Positions 12,536-25,095 of a stretch of DNA of 64,000 bases are shown here, piece after piece. The DNA is from Podarcis muralis (lineage: Eukaryota): the NCBI RefSeq assembly GCF_964188315.1, contig NC_135658.1:63488001-63552000 (forward strand), given 5' to 3'. The position numbers and the translations under genes are program-made. Numbering within the stretch: position 1 is the stretch's first letter; the number at the start of each line of letters is the position of its first letter. The notes under the pieces were generated by a model. That model did not search any database. It had not been told where the DNA came from and saw only the letters and a program-made list of their open reading frames with translations.

Positions 12536-13175
12536 TAGGGATGGGGAAGAAATCTGATTCAGTTCAAATTTAAATACTTTAATTTGCAGTTGCCAAAACA
12601 ACATGTAAAGCAAAACACAGCCATTCTTAGAAATTTGCACCTCTCTGAATTTTGCAATGCAGTCCTCCAACCAAGTAATATATCCAAAAATGCATAATGA
12701 GAATAATGTATTAATGAGGATAGCATACAAAAATGCATTAGGAGGAATTCAACGCCATGCTAAGAGATTATTTTGTCAGCACAAGTATTTCTGTTTTCCA
12801 AGATGAGACAATCTCTCTGAGGGTGGCCCTCACATACACATACACATACACACGCACACAACACACATACACACACACGAACCAGTTTGGGAGTTGCAAG
12901 GAGAGAGGAGGAGACCAAATGCCCCAGCCCTTGTGCTGGCTTCCACTAGTGTGACACATTAGTTGACACACTATTACAGTATTAGGGGGGAAATTGTGCG
13001 TATTAGGAAAAATTGAACACAAACATGTATAAAAGCAAAAATTCACACTAAAATGATGATGAGTTCCATGAGGTCTTTAAAAAATAAAAATCACAAATTG
13101 ATGTGAAATTGTGGAAAACCAAACTTGACTGGAAAAATGAGAAAAAGTGAAATTGACATATTTTTCCACCCCTTA
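12536..13175 (+). mobile_element. Non-autonomous DNA-transposon-like repeat containing a CA-rich insert
   Basis: Begins tagggatggggaagaaatctgattcagttc and ends ttttccacccctta. The same start and body recur at 32492-32803. Confidence 0.55.
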
Positions 13176-13439
13176 TTGTGAGTAGTAATAGTAATGAATT
13201 TTTGGTTGGAGGGATGGGGTGAAGAAGTTCTTACTAGATTTGTATTTCCAAGCCCTTTATGAGTAGAGCATAAGAGGTTACATTCAAAGTTAAGAGCCTA
13301 GGTCACCAAAGGCTCAACGCTCACCAAACCTTGCTGCACTCTCCCCCTTCCAAGAAAATTTCACTCATATAAAAGAGAAAGCCCACCTTTTTCTGATTGC
13401 CAGTTAAGATATGCTGGATGGAAGTCTATAGTGAGAGCT

Positions 13440-13790
13440 GTACTTAAACATCTATCACCTGGAAATCAGAGCAAGTTATCCATTGTTAGCCAACTATAAA
13501 CGTCTTGCTAAAGTAATCAGCAAGCCTCCAGTTATAGCATTCTGCCAGCCTCCTAATCTATGCCAATTACTAGTGAAAGCTGCACTTAAACCACTGATCA
13601 GCAGTCCTGGATCACATTCTTTTGATCCCAAGCACTGTGTTACTTTCATTTATCTCAAGGAATCTGTTGCCCTCAAAAGCACTGACTGGCAGAACTTGCT
13701 ATACCAAACAAAACATCACATGCAGGCCCCGTATTGTAATTTATGTCAAGGAGCACAAATGTCTAGACTCTGTTATATTCAATGCATAAC
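13440..13790 (+). mobile_element. Penelope-like retroelement fragment (region upstream of the GIY-YIG endonuclease)
   Basis: ORF 13483-13833 contains PPVIAFCQPPNLCQLLVKAAL followed by GSHSFDPKHCVT. This resembles the P..AFRQPPNL..LLVR motif and the Cys-containing linker of vertebrate Penelope-like elements. Confidence 0.7.
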
Positions 13791-14050
13791 TAAAAACTAC
13801 AGCTGTCCAAAGTTCACATTTTGGGAACCATGAATCTAAAATATTGATTTTTTAAAAATGAAGAACTAGTTGCAAAGCACTGTAACAGCTTCTCTGATTT
13901 GTTAGTGATTGCAATACAGGTGCCATCTGTTTCATGACTATTAGAAAAAGTGATGCTGCTGCCACACACTGGAATGGGGCGGGGAGTGGCAGAGACCTGG
14001 TGATGTTGGCGTGCTTGGGGCACACCAGCGGGAGCTTCAGAATGGCTCTA

Positions 14051-14297
14051 CAGTGGTACCTTGGGTTACAGACGCTTCAGGTTACAGACTCTTCAGGTTA
14101 CAGACGCTTCAGGTTACAGACTCCGCTAACCCAAAAATAGTACCTCGGGTTAAGAACTTTGCTTCAGGATGAGAACAGAAATCGTGCAGTGGCAGCGGGA
14201 GGCCCCATTAGCTAAAGTGGTACCTCAGGTTAAGAACAGTTTCAGGTTAAGAACGGACCTCCAGAATGAATTAAGTTCTTAACCCAAGATACCACTG
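14051..14297 (+). mobile_element. Tc1/mariner-type MITE, copy 1
   Basis: TIR cagtggtacc...accactg, flanked by TA at 14049-14050 and 14298-14299. Confidence 0.92.
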
Positions 14298-14533
14298 TAC
14301 TGGTATGCCAGAACAACCCTAAACTCACTGCCATCCTCTCCTACTGCACTATCCTGGTACGTGGCAGGGCCACTGCTGGTGAGAGACCAAGTCTTCAGCA
14401 CTGTCCCTCCGTGCCAGCTGCTTGATACCTCAACTCCAGGAGGATAACTCAATTAGCAAAAAAGACAAACTTTTGGGTGCAGCATGTTGCGTTAAGGGCT
14501 TTCAGCATTCACTCAAGCTCCAAAATGCCAATA

Positions 14534-14748
14534 CAGTGGTACCTCGGGTTAAGAACTTAATTCATTCTGAAGGTCCGTTCTTAACCTGAAACCGTTCTTA
14601 ACCTGAGGTACCATTTTAGCTAATGGGGCCTCCTGCTGCCGCTGCGCGACTTCTGTTCTCATCCTGAAGCAAAGTGCTTAACCTGAGGCACTATTTCTGG
14701 GTTAGCAGAGACTGTAACCTGAAGCATCTGTAACCCGAGGTACCACTG
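14534..14748 (-). mobile_element. Tc1/mariner-type MITE, copy 2 (inverted relative to copy 1)
   Basis: Same TIRs, TA at 14532-14533 and 14749-14750. The body is the reverse complement of copy 1. Confidence 0.92.
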
Positions 14749-15161
14749 TAAAATTGTAATTGTTAAGGGCCATGCCTTGAAGAGATGCGTTATTTAGGCA
14801 ATAGGTCCCAACTTGGCAGCAAGGCCATTTTCTCCAGAGTATGCTCACCTGCCTTGCTCCTATAAAAATGATGTCAGGTTAGGGGCATGTAGAGACCTGG
14901 ATGCAAAGGAACAACAAGGAGCCTTGAAGGGCACTCTTAGCTCTTCCTTGGCAAGCAATGCTTGCTGTCAGCACTGATCAGCTAATCGGCACTAACAGCT
15001 AGTCCTGGTAGAATCAGACGCACAATGGAGCTTCCAATTAGCCACAAAGGGAGGGGGAGTCTTTGTGTCACTTAAAGTCACTGTCAAAATGAACCATGAG
15101 AAGGTGGAGAGTCAGGCTCTAGCCTGCTGGTTTGATCCTGTTCCCCACCTTTGACCAACAA

Positions 15162-15175
15162 CATCTAGAGGGCGC
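15162..15175 (+). promoter_or_regulatory. Candidate CTCF-binding site
   Basis: catctagagggcgc matches the CCASYAGRKGGCRS core at 12/14 positions, retains a CpG, and lies in apparently non-repeat sequence. Confidence 0.45.
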
Positions 15176-16145
15176 CAGAGCAGCTATCCCTCCTTTAAGG
15201 CTTTAATATCTCTATTAGGCTGATGAATTAAATAAATATATGTTTTTAAGGAAATAGCTGCATTTTTCAAAGATCCAGACTAAACTTTTGTCTGAAATGC
15301 TGGTTCCTGCTTCCAGAAATCATATAGCTAAAGCTACACATATACAAAGAAACAGAAACGGCCCCATATCACCACCTTCACAGCAAATGAACACTCTACT
15401 TTCCAAATCATCTACCGCATCATGTTGGATGGAATTGAGGTTTTAGGATGATGCAACACTGGGAAACTGCAGGATCAAAGCATGTTCCTGTTCTTTTCCT
15501 CATCCAAATGAACTTCATTTTAGCAATTTTTGGGTGGATAATCCAAACTAAACTGCACTGCATTTCATCTCTTAGTCATAAGAATAAGCTGAGAATGCTG
15601 AATTGTCAGCAAATCTTTGATGTAAATCAGTGGTCACAGGAGACTTCTTTAGAAGGTAGAATAACAAAATAATGTAAGCATCAGCTCATCAAAGGAAAGC
15701 TTTTTGCCTTTGAAAAAACATATAGCTAACTTTTAACAAGCAGTTTTAACATCATATAATTCTATGCCCTCATTATTGAAGGATACAATTGTTTTTGTTC
15801 AGTAAAGATTTTTTTATATATAAAAAAAACAATGTAATGAGACTTACTCTATTTCAAGAAGTGGCTGTGGCAATAAAATGTATAAATAAATAATGGACAT
15901 GCTTCCTCTCTCCATTTCCACCCCCTCCCTCTTACTTGTTAGTTAACTTGCTTTTACTGTCCTTGGCTTTTACCTAAACACTCCCGGCTACAGAATGCAT
16001 ATGATTATTTAGCACTTCATTACACAAATGTCATACCGGAGTCATGTTTTGCATAATAATCTGAACAGTTTGTACTCTTCTGATTCAAGTAATCATACAC
16101 CACAAAAACAAATTCTAGAAATATGAAATGAAGGCTTGAAGAGGT

Positions 16146-16260
16146 TAGGGCTGCCATACGTCCGGATTTTCCCGGACACTAACGGGATTTCAAAGGCAGA
16201 AATGACGTCCAGGGAGAATTTCCGAAACACGGTGCTTTGTCCTGCATCTCGGGCAAGTTA
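16146..16260 (+). mobile_element. Left end of a MITE (tagggctgccatacgtccgg...)
   Basis: Terminus similar to 11144-11276. CpG-rich relative to its flanks. Confidence 0.5.
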
Positions 16261-18013
16261 AATTGTGGGGGCTTTTTGCATTTTTGTAAAAAAAAAAAAA
16301 AAGCAAAAAAAAGCTCAACCACCTCCACACCCCACCCAACATACATTTCAATGCCAGTAATCTATACACCACCCTCTGGCTATTCAGGGATGTTATTCTG
16401 TGATAAAAGCTTAAGTCCATCTTACTAGAAGTCAGCAGTCAGAAAGTAGTGAAACCTAAGAATGAAATATTCTGTCATAAAGTGTCAGACATCTACACTG
16501 CACAGTGTAACTGAAGTTTTAATCACACTGTATGCTGGAACCATCAAACATACGGACAAGTCTGTGGTGGACAAATTAGTCCAGATCATTGTACATGCAG
16601 AGCCTCTTCATTGAATGCGCAGATGGCACAACTGCTGCATACATCAGCAGTGGGGTGTGGAACTAGTTCATGTAGCCCCCTGACTCACTTCACTCAAGAA
16701 TTCTTCCAATGCGTGGGGCTGTCATCTCAATTCTGCTGCATGGGTCTATCACACGCATCCTGCCTCTGACAGAAACCAGTTCTTCCTCTCCAAACCAGCA
16801 CTTTGACAGGGACTTTACTGATATTTTTACCAATGAGTACCATAAGCTATTGATCAATAATTTAAAAATATATTTGCTCAGAGAACCTAAAGTTAATTTT
16901 CAAGAACAAAACAGCACTGATACTATTTTGTTGACAGAATGTTGTTTTCCATTTTGTTCTTCATCACCTATTCCAGTTCTCAGATTCTTCGATGAGTTCC
17001 ATGTCTATTTCAAAAGAAATGATTTTAACATGCCGTTCGAGGTTGTTTTCAAGTCCATAAGCAGTGGAGCATTTTTAGATTAAAAAATTGCACACAATCA
17101 AAATGTGTCAAAAATAAAATCTGAATACTAATTGTATTTGATTATTACTGCTGCTTAGAGGTTGCATTTATTTGATCTTCATGGCTCTTCCAAGTGTACC
17201 AGAAAGATTAATTTGGTATGCTAATAATAAATGCTGTACTCAGAAGTATTTTCAAAAGTGATCAGTATGCCAAAGTATACTAAAATAATCGGGTACATGA
17301 AAATGAAATCTCTGGCAATAAATTCAAATAGTGAAAATCCAATCTAATTAAATGCTAGGCAGCAGATCAAAAATGATTTCTTTAATTTCTTCTCAAACGA
17401 TTTATAGTGAGAAGTAGGGGTTTTTAAGCATTCTTTTTTGAATTATACTAGAATGTGATGCTGCTGCCAATAAATGTACAAATTAACAACACAGGACCAA
17501 CACAGATTGCTTAAATGCTACTCTTCTTTTTATCCATTGTTCTTGGAAAATTACTTATTTGTTGGCTTCTAGATTGTTGCATGATCCAATTAAACTGAAG
17601 CTCCAGGATGTGCCTATTGAGTGCAGCTGAATTCATTGGAACTAAACCTGGCTTATAGGTTGTAAAGTTAAAAGCATTATAAATATACAGTGGTTAATAC
17701 TGAATGACATGATGTATAACAACTATATTCTTAATGTTAATTGGGATACATGAAAAGAGAAAATATCCCATCCCAATAGAGAAGTCCCTGAATGAGATGA
17801 GTAAAATAAATAAAACATAGGGCAAAAGATATCAGCTGTATTTCTTGGAAATAGCTTGGAAAACCTCTTATTTTACCTAGTGCTTTTGTTTAAGAAAGCT
17901 CATCCTGATTTCTCACTGGGATACACTTTTTCTTCCAATACTCTTGTTGAATCCAAAGGCAAAAGTTCTAATTGTTCTACCTGTTTATTGAAATATGACC
18001 CCATTGCATTATA

Positions 18014-18274
18014 CATTTAAAGCAGTATCATACCACTTCCCCCAAATAATCATGGGAAGCGTAACTTGGTAAAGGTGCTGAGAGTTGTTAGGAGTTCCTA
18101 GAGTTCCCTGGGAAGAGAACTTGGGAAGAGAATGCTGGTTAAACCATTCTGGTAATTGTAGCTCTGTGAGGGGAATGGGAGGGGGTGTCTCCTAACAACT
18201 CTCAGTACCCTTAAACTGCAGTTCCCGTGGGAGAAGCCATGACTGTTTAAAGTGGTATGATACTGCTTTAAATG
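18014..18274. mobile_element. Long palindromic MITE
   Basis: Perfect 25-bp inverted repeat catttaaagcagtatcataccactt (18014-18038) / 18250-18274, plus an inner inverted repeat tgagagttgttagga / tcctaacaactctca. Confidence 0.88.
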
Positions 18275-18372
18275 AAAAGTGCAGATACATTAGTACAGTG
18301 TTACATTATTTTCCTCGTCATAAGTTGTGCTGAGTCCATAACATAGACATCCTCGTTTATCCCCCACAAATA

Positions 18373-18603
18373 CAGTGGTACCTTGGGTTACGGATGCTTC
18401 AGGTTACAGACTCCGCTAACCCAGAAATAGTACCTCGGGTTAAGAACTTTGCTTTAGGATGAGAACAGAAATTGTGCGGCGGCAGCACAACGCAGCGGCA
18501 GTGGGAGGCCCCATTAGCTAAAGTGGTACCTCAGGTTAAGAACAGTTTCAGGTTAAGATCAGACCTCTAGAACGAATTAAGTTCTTAACCTGAGGTACCA
18601 CTG
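18373..18603 (+). mobile_element. Tc1/mariner-type MITE, copy 3
   Basis: Same TIR and body as 14051-14297. TA at 18371-18372 and 18604-18605. Confidence 0.92.
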
Positions 18604-18927
18604 TACTACTTGAAGTTAGAAGAGGATTCTCTATAATCCAAAGAGCTTTTGTTTCCTTTGAGTCACCACCACCTGCAACCTATAATATCTGTGCTTTTTC
18701 GGCTGCTTTATAGTTTTTGTCAATGGTGAATCATTTCCCTATAAACTTCAGTAATTTACATTTCAGAACTCAAATCCATTTTAGGTGAATTGTGCCAATA
18801 ATGATTATTCCATCTGGGTCATAGAGACTTTATTTTTTCCTCTCCTAGAAAAGATACTACCATGAACAGTGTATTTCTACTTGGTGGGACATGGTGGTGC
18901 AGCATTCCTTGCCTGACCCCTGGTCAA

Positions 18928-19422
18928 TCACATCACTGCTGCTTACTAGAAGATAGAAAAGGAGGGAAGAGGTGGCAGTGAAGTCAGTGTGACACAAACA
19001 CACCAGTGGAATCAATATGGCATTCTCACTGGTGTTTGCACTGCTCTGACCAAGGGCAGACTTTGGTACTGTGCTGCCCTGAGCTAGCTCAAAATCTGGC
19101 ACCCCTGTCCCCAGTCCTCACACCATGCTGGACTTTGGGAAGGAAGTGAGAGGTCTCTGGCAGGATCCAAGAGCCCTCCCACCTCCTTCCCAAAGCTGGG
19201 CAAGTGCTAACTAGGGTTTGGAAGGAGGCAGGAGGACTCTAGGACTCTGTCAGAGTTACTCATGCCTCATTCCTGTAGCTGGGCAAATGCTTATGGGATG
19301 TTCTTTCTGCTTGGCACCAAGTGCGGGAACCAGTGGCGCTGCCCTAAAAAAACACCTTTTCTCTGACCCTGCTACTGCCTCACCCCTATTTCTCTACCTG
19401 CTGGTAAGCAGCAGTGATGTGA
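18928..19422. repeat. Inverted repeat pair (19-bp perfect core, ~50 bp imperfect)
   Basis: tcacatcactgctgcttac at 18928-18946 and its reverse complement at 19404-19422. The ORF track shows the similar peptides LFYLLVSSSDV and LFLYLLVSSSDV on opposite strands. Confidence 0.8.
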
Positions 19423-21194
19423 CCAATACATCCAATTTCAATTTAACATACCTTCACTAGAATAGGGCATTTTTATTTTACTCAGCCTAAACTGCAAGTC
19501 ATTTGTATGTCTCCTTTTCTCACTTCCTATAACACCCAAACAAGTCCTCACACTATATGCAATAGGGTTATTTGGAGTGTTTTGCCTTTGAAACTAGCCT
19601 TCCCCAACACGATACCCTCTTTACGTTTTTGTGACAACTCCCATTATCCCTTACCATTGGCCATGCTGGCTGATGCTGCTATTGAGAGCGAGGCACTTGG
19701 CTGGGAAAGGTTGGCTTAGATGGAAAACTTTGCAGGAAGGCACTTTTAAAAGGCAAGCGTGTCAAGGTCAGATGCTTGGTACTAATTTCCATTCCCTGGG
19801 AGTCGTGGGTTGCCCTTTGGGGCAGCACATTGTAATGCTAAGTAATTACATCTTCTGGTTAAGCATTTATTTAAGAGTTACTGACATGCAATGTTCCTCT
19901 TGGTTCTGTTATATTTTCTCACTGCTACACTAAATCCTATTATCATTATCTTTTCTGTAACTCCCATCTCATTATACCAACTACAAGCTGAGCTCTGAAG
20001 AAGACAAGTGTTCTAATGGAGATGTGCAGACAGAGGGAGAAAGAGAGTGAAAGGGCCTTTTTCTCCTCTCCTGTAACAGTGCATGCAATAAAGATAAGCC
20101 TGTTGCACTTTTCAGCAAATCAGGCAGAAGAAAATTGCTAGGGAGAGAGTATTATAGTAATGCGGATAAATATGGCTGGATTAAGGAATTCCTTCCCCTT
20201 TTCTATGGTTAAATATTATTGACTTAAACTCCTCTCTGGTGACACATGGTGTGGTCTATGGCTGGGTATCTGTCCACAAGCCACCCACTCGGAAGCCGTG
20301 CTAATGATTAATGGGACTTCCCTAAAGTAAGAGATTGGAGGATTGCGGTTGAGGATTTCAATTGTGAATCTGGTGGCATATGCTAGTAAATCCTATTGAA
20401 GTTAATGGGCTCTACCAAGCGTAAAGGCTTGTTCAGGATTACAGCTTATCCCAGGGCCACTCTGATCAGTCTGGAATCACCTTGAGTTTTCTTCCGAGAA
20501 ATATATTCCACCATCCTTCCTATCAGGACATTCTCTTTGGGCCTTTTAGCTGATGCACGAGGCATCTGCACATTCATTTTTTTCCACTGTTTTTTATAGT
20601 ATGCTGTCACTCAGAGATGAGGCTCTTTGGCGGGAGCAGCACTGCCAATATTAAGCTGATCAGCAGGCAGCCAAGAATACATGTTGTTCTTTTCTTCCTT
20701 TCTTTTCCCATGTCCGAATAGCTCTATTCCCTGCCCTTTCTCCTTCAAACAACTCATGTTTGATCATAACTAGTGCAAAGTAACTCCAAGAAAGATCTGC
20801 TGCTGGAACTAGAGGAGGCAGAACCATTGCTTTTTGTATATACTGCCACTACCTTTAACAAACTGAGATATAGCCTTAGTTCACAAGTTTGCTTCAAAAA
20901 GTGTATATGTACTGTAAAAACTATAGTATTGTGTGATGAAAAGCATAAAGAAATCTCAAGAAACAGCAGGGTTTTATTACATTAAAGAAGCCCAGCTTGC
21001 TTGCTTTTTCTAGTGTACTTTATTAAGACATTAGATATAAAACAGTAAAAAGTTTCATAGACAAAGAAAATAAAAAACTTTGTGTACCTTTGTGATTTTT
21101 TCCTACTGTCATTTTGCAAGCCAAACCTGATATGCTTGCTTCTACCTGGTTGCAAGTATATTTTGTGTGCATTATATAACCATGAGAGTTGTAC

Positions 21195-21195
21195 A

Positions 21196-21233
<38 letters not shown>
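21195..21233. repeat. (CA)n microsatellite
   Basis: Direct reading. Confidence 0.95.
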
Positions 21234-21237
<4 letters not shown>

Positions 21238-24089
21238 TTATATAACAGATTTATAACCATACAAAAACTGGATCATAACTTCCCAATAGATTAAAAATAC
21301 ATAGAAAGAGTGCATTTCTGAGCAATGAAGATCTTACTGCTAGAAGTCAGTCCCTAATCAATTCTTTCTGAGAAAAAAGAATGGACAATGGTTTTATTTA
21401 GACAGTATCTCATGCTATGTGGTGTGATGTATTTGGTTCTTTATTATTTGACAGAATTCTTAAAGATATATATATAAATATATATTTCCTTCCCTTCTGA
21501 ATAAAACTGCCTTGTTTCCTAGATTGTATTCAATATGCTCCATAGTTTGGCACATAATAGTTTGGCACAGAATGCATTGTGAGAAAGGTATAGCATCATA
21601 ATGTAAGGGTGTCCTTATTGACCAAAATGCACTTATATCACATAATACATTCCAGTTACAAAGTTAAAAATCAGTCGGACATGCAATTCTTTGAACACAT
21701 CTCTTTTGAGGGTATGTGATTAATACCACTTTAGACATCAGCAGCTTATTCAGTTTCCTTTGGGGAATGTCTCTGACTACTTCCCCCGCCCGCTCACATT
21801 GATGCCCTACAAATGTAAATCAGAAATTTACACTAATCCTAAATACACAAAATAATGCATAAGTATAAATTAATGCAGGAAGAAAGCTCAGAAGCCAGGA
21901 AATATTGTAATATACTGGTGCTGAATTGCCAGGAATGTAGCTTTAATTATCACACTTTCAGTCATACCTAGACATATGACCAATATGTGACATTCAGGTA
22001 CAGTAACACCAAGTTGGTCCCAAATTGGACTGAACTTGAAATGATAATTTTGTAACAAATTCTAAACCATAATATCCAAATGTTTACTCATGAGCTTTTC
22101 TGCAGTGGACTAGGGGCTACTGGTAGATGGCAGAAGACTGCTTGCTTCTGAGAGCAAAGTAAAAAAATAGTCTGAGAGGCAAAGGGACTGTCCCAGTTAA
22201 GAGAGGAAAATCAAAACAACTTGATTTCTCAGAATGAGGGCATCAGAGCTGCAGCTTCTAAGATGTCATAAATTCAGGTCCAGAAAAACAGGACAAAAAT
22301 TAATATAACCACAATTCCAGAATTGCAGGAGTTTGGACTAGAACTCTACAGTTCAATGATTCTATCCCTCATCCTCTCAAAACTAATTGGACTTCAGGGT
22401 GTCTGTAGTAAGGCCAGGGAGCAAGAGAAAAGAAAATTTCATCAGCATTTTAGTGCAATTTTTAGTGCACGGCTTGTTTGTTTACAAGTCTGGCCAAGAT
22501 ACACATTTTTGCAAAACGAAAGATGCTGGGGAGAACATATCACAATCACTGGGGTAATCTGGTTGACACTGTTCCCTCCTCTCCAGCCACACTTATACTG
22601 CAGTCTTAAACATACTAGCATTCATAGGATTGTTTATTGAGAAAAAAATGCCAGTGGATGCACTTTCACATTGGGACCCAACTAAAGATGAATAACTATG
22701 CACAATTAGAACGCAAGTCAGGAATCATTGGTCTAGTTGTCAGGCAACAGTGAACAGGTGCACAGTCATAAAGAACAGGTTTGGTTTCTGCCTGCAAGGG
22801 TGAAAGATAAACTTCTTTCACAGACATTTTCACCCACACCTAATATGGCAGCTTCCATAACAAACCTTAGGCCCTAAGATCATTTGTAGCAATATTATCA
22901 GACACGAATGAGATACCTAGCTGTAGATACTTTACTTTGTACCCCAATAACACTATGTTCACTAAGGATATGGCAGTAATTTATCTCAAGCAACTTTTAA
23001 CCCTATAATTATGTTGTCACTTGAATGAATAGTTCATTAAAATCAGTTTAGTATTGTATATTTTTTGGGTTAGCTTTTTGCTGGAGTTGAGTCTTCTACA
23101 ATTGTTTGCATGCCAAGCACGTTTCATTCATTAATTGCTGTGGGGGAAGCAGAAACCAAGTCACAACTATGGGGAGGAGGACTCTCAAAAGATTTGCTTT
23201 GCATTTTTTTGAAGTTTTGATTAAATCAGAATAAAATATTTTCTGAAGGAATTCATTTTCCAAACCACAGAACTCTTTTTTCTCAAACCCTGTGCCATGT
23301 ACTCTCAAGCATATTAATCTTTTTGTTTCCCTGTTCTTTCTGAGCAAACAAATTTACAACAACAACCACTTTAAGTGAGGTAAGGTGAGGAAATGCACTG
23401 AGCATGCCTCAGGCCAATAGTTAACTTCATATGAATGTCTGTGGAAACCTTGGCTGCTGGGTTTACTCTGACCTCAATGAGGAGAAAATGTTTTCTAACT
23501 CCATAATTGGTGGCATCGAAGACATGAATAAATTAAACTGGTTTTTTAAATAATAAAAATCACAAGGAAGAGAGTATATTGAAAAAGTATGCCTTGAAAC
23601 ATATGATGATCTTTAGAGAAAATGACACTTCTGTAAAGTCAAAATGGAAATTTGTTGTAAAATCCATGGATCATCAAAAAGATGACTGACTACAAATTCC
23701 AGCCAATGTCCCAGATACTTCAGTTAGCAAAGTAATAGGAGCTTGATAGTGCCGATTTTCTCATCCACACCCTGGCATTCAAAGCACAGATGCATATGCT
23801 CTTGGGTTAATTTGAATGTCATTGTTTGCCCCCCCCCCACCTTCCCACCATGCAACAGGGTGGCACTTGTTCCCCAACCCACATAACAGACAATAGTGAC
23901 AATTTTTGATAACTTCCCACTAATTATATGCCCCTTAATATGCTGCTGCTCAGGATCCAAAGATAGTTCCCACAGCTTGAGCGTGAATCTTGTCTTTTTT
24001 TTTAAGCTTGGCATGTAGTTATTAACTTTCCCTTTGCTGACAGATGTAGTGGGCGACAAAGCAAGAAGAAGAAAAAGAAGGAGAGCAAA

Positions 24090-24157
24090 CCAATAGTTTT
24101 AATCTCAGCAGAAGAGGGAGGGGGGAACGTGTGAGGCGGGAGGTTGCACTTATAAAT
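24090..24157 (+). promoter_or_regulatory. Candidate promoter module: CCAAT (24090), GC-box-like gaggcggga (24133), TATAAA (24151)
   Basis: Motifs in canonical order, with an octamer ATGCAAAT at 24248-24255. It overlaps an alternative terminal-exon reading (see findings). Confidence 0.3.
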
Positions 24158-25095
24158 GCACAGATCAGTTTCAACAGACCCTATATTTGTATATATTTTT
24201 TGTTGTTTCTCTCAAGGTCTACACATTTTCTCATTGACGGAAACTCTATGCAAATGACTGCAGCAACTTTCCTTCCGAATGCCTTCTGAGGATTTCACTT
24301 AGTTGTGGAGGAGGCTTTTGATTAAGAGTCACATTGGCATGAGATGCTGGCATATTACAAAAGTTGCATCCCTGGTTTCCTCTCCGGGAGCAAATGTATG
24401 AAATATGCCAGTTCGAGTTTTATCTCCTGCCAACCAGCTCTTTAGGAAGCACTGCAGGTGTCCAGCATCCAGTCTGAAGGAGGTAGCAGGTGGTAGTACC
24501 TTCTTTGTCTAAGTGTCACTGGCATTAAAGAGGAAAATCACTGGTTTCAGAAATAATTAAGTGAAGGAGAGAGAGAGGCCATAATGATAGGGTTGTTGAA
24601 AGCTCCAGCTTGCATGCCTGAAGAGGTACCAAACTCCTCCAAAGCATTCTACACCTTACCTCCAAAAGATAGTGCCCTCTACAATCTGATCATCCTGCCC
24701 TGTTAATGAACAGCTAGATAGTGTACTTTATTCTACTCTAAAGCAGACAATTGTTGCAATAAAGATTCTTAGCTTTTGTCCTTATTAAATTTCCTCCAAT
24801 ACTCAGGTATGTGTAGAAGCAGCAAATGCCGCATCTTAAAGCTAAAAATAGTGTTTGCATGGAATTTCATGCCTCCTGTATTCCTAATGCTTTTTTTTTT
24901 TTTTTTTTTTTGAGGTCATCTTACAGCCAAAATAGGATAGATAACAGCTACCAAGCAACATGACAGCCGGCTGCACTAGCCATTTGGGTTTATGCTTTGA
25001 CTGAGTACTAAATGTCCACTTTGCCACCGACTTGTGGTTACCATTTTGTAAAAAGACTTTATATGATCTGTTGATTTGTGCTTCATTTGTTTATT

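Noticed and set aside
16709-17083. 124-aa plus-strand ORF
   Set aside because: No known motif, and the composition reflects AT-rich noncoding DNA.
24780-24812. Third AG|GTATGT recursive-like motif at 24806/24807
   Set aside because: The pyrimidine tract is interrupted by A residues. Such motifs are expected by chance in AT-rich DNA.
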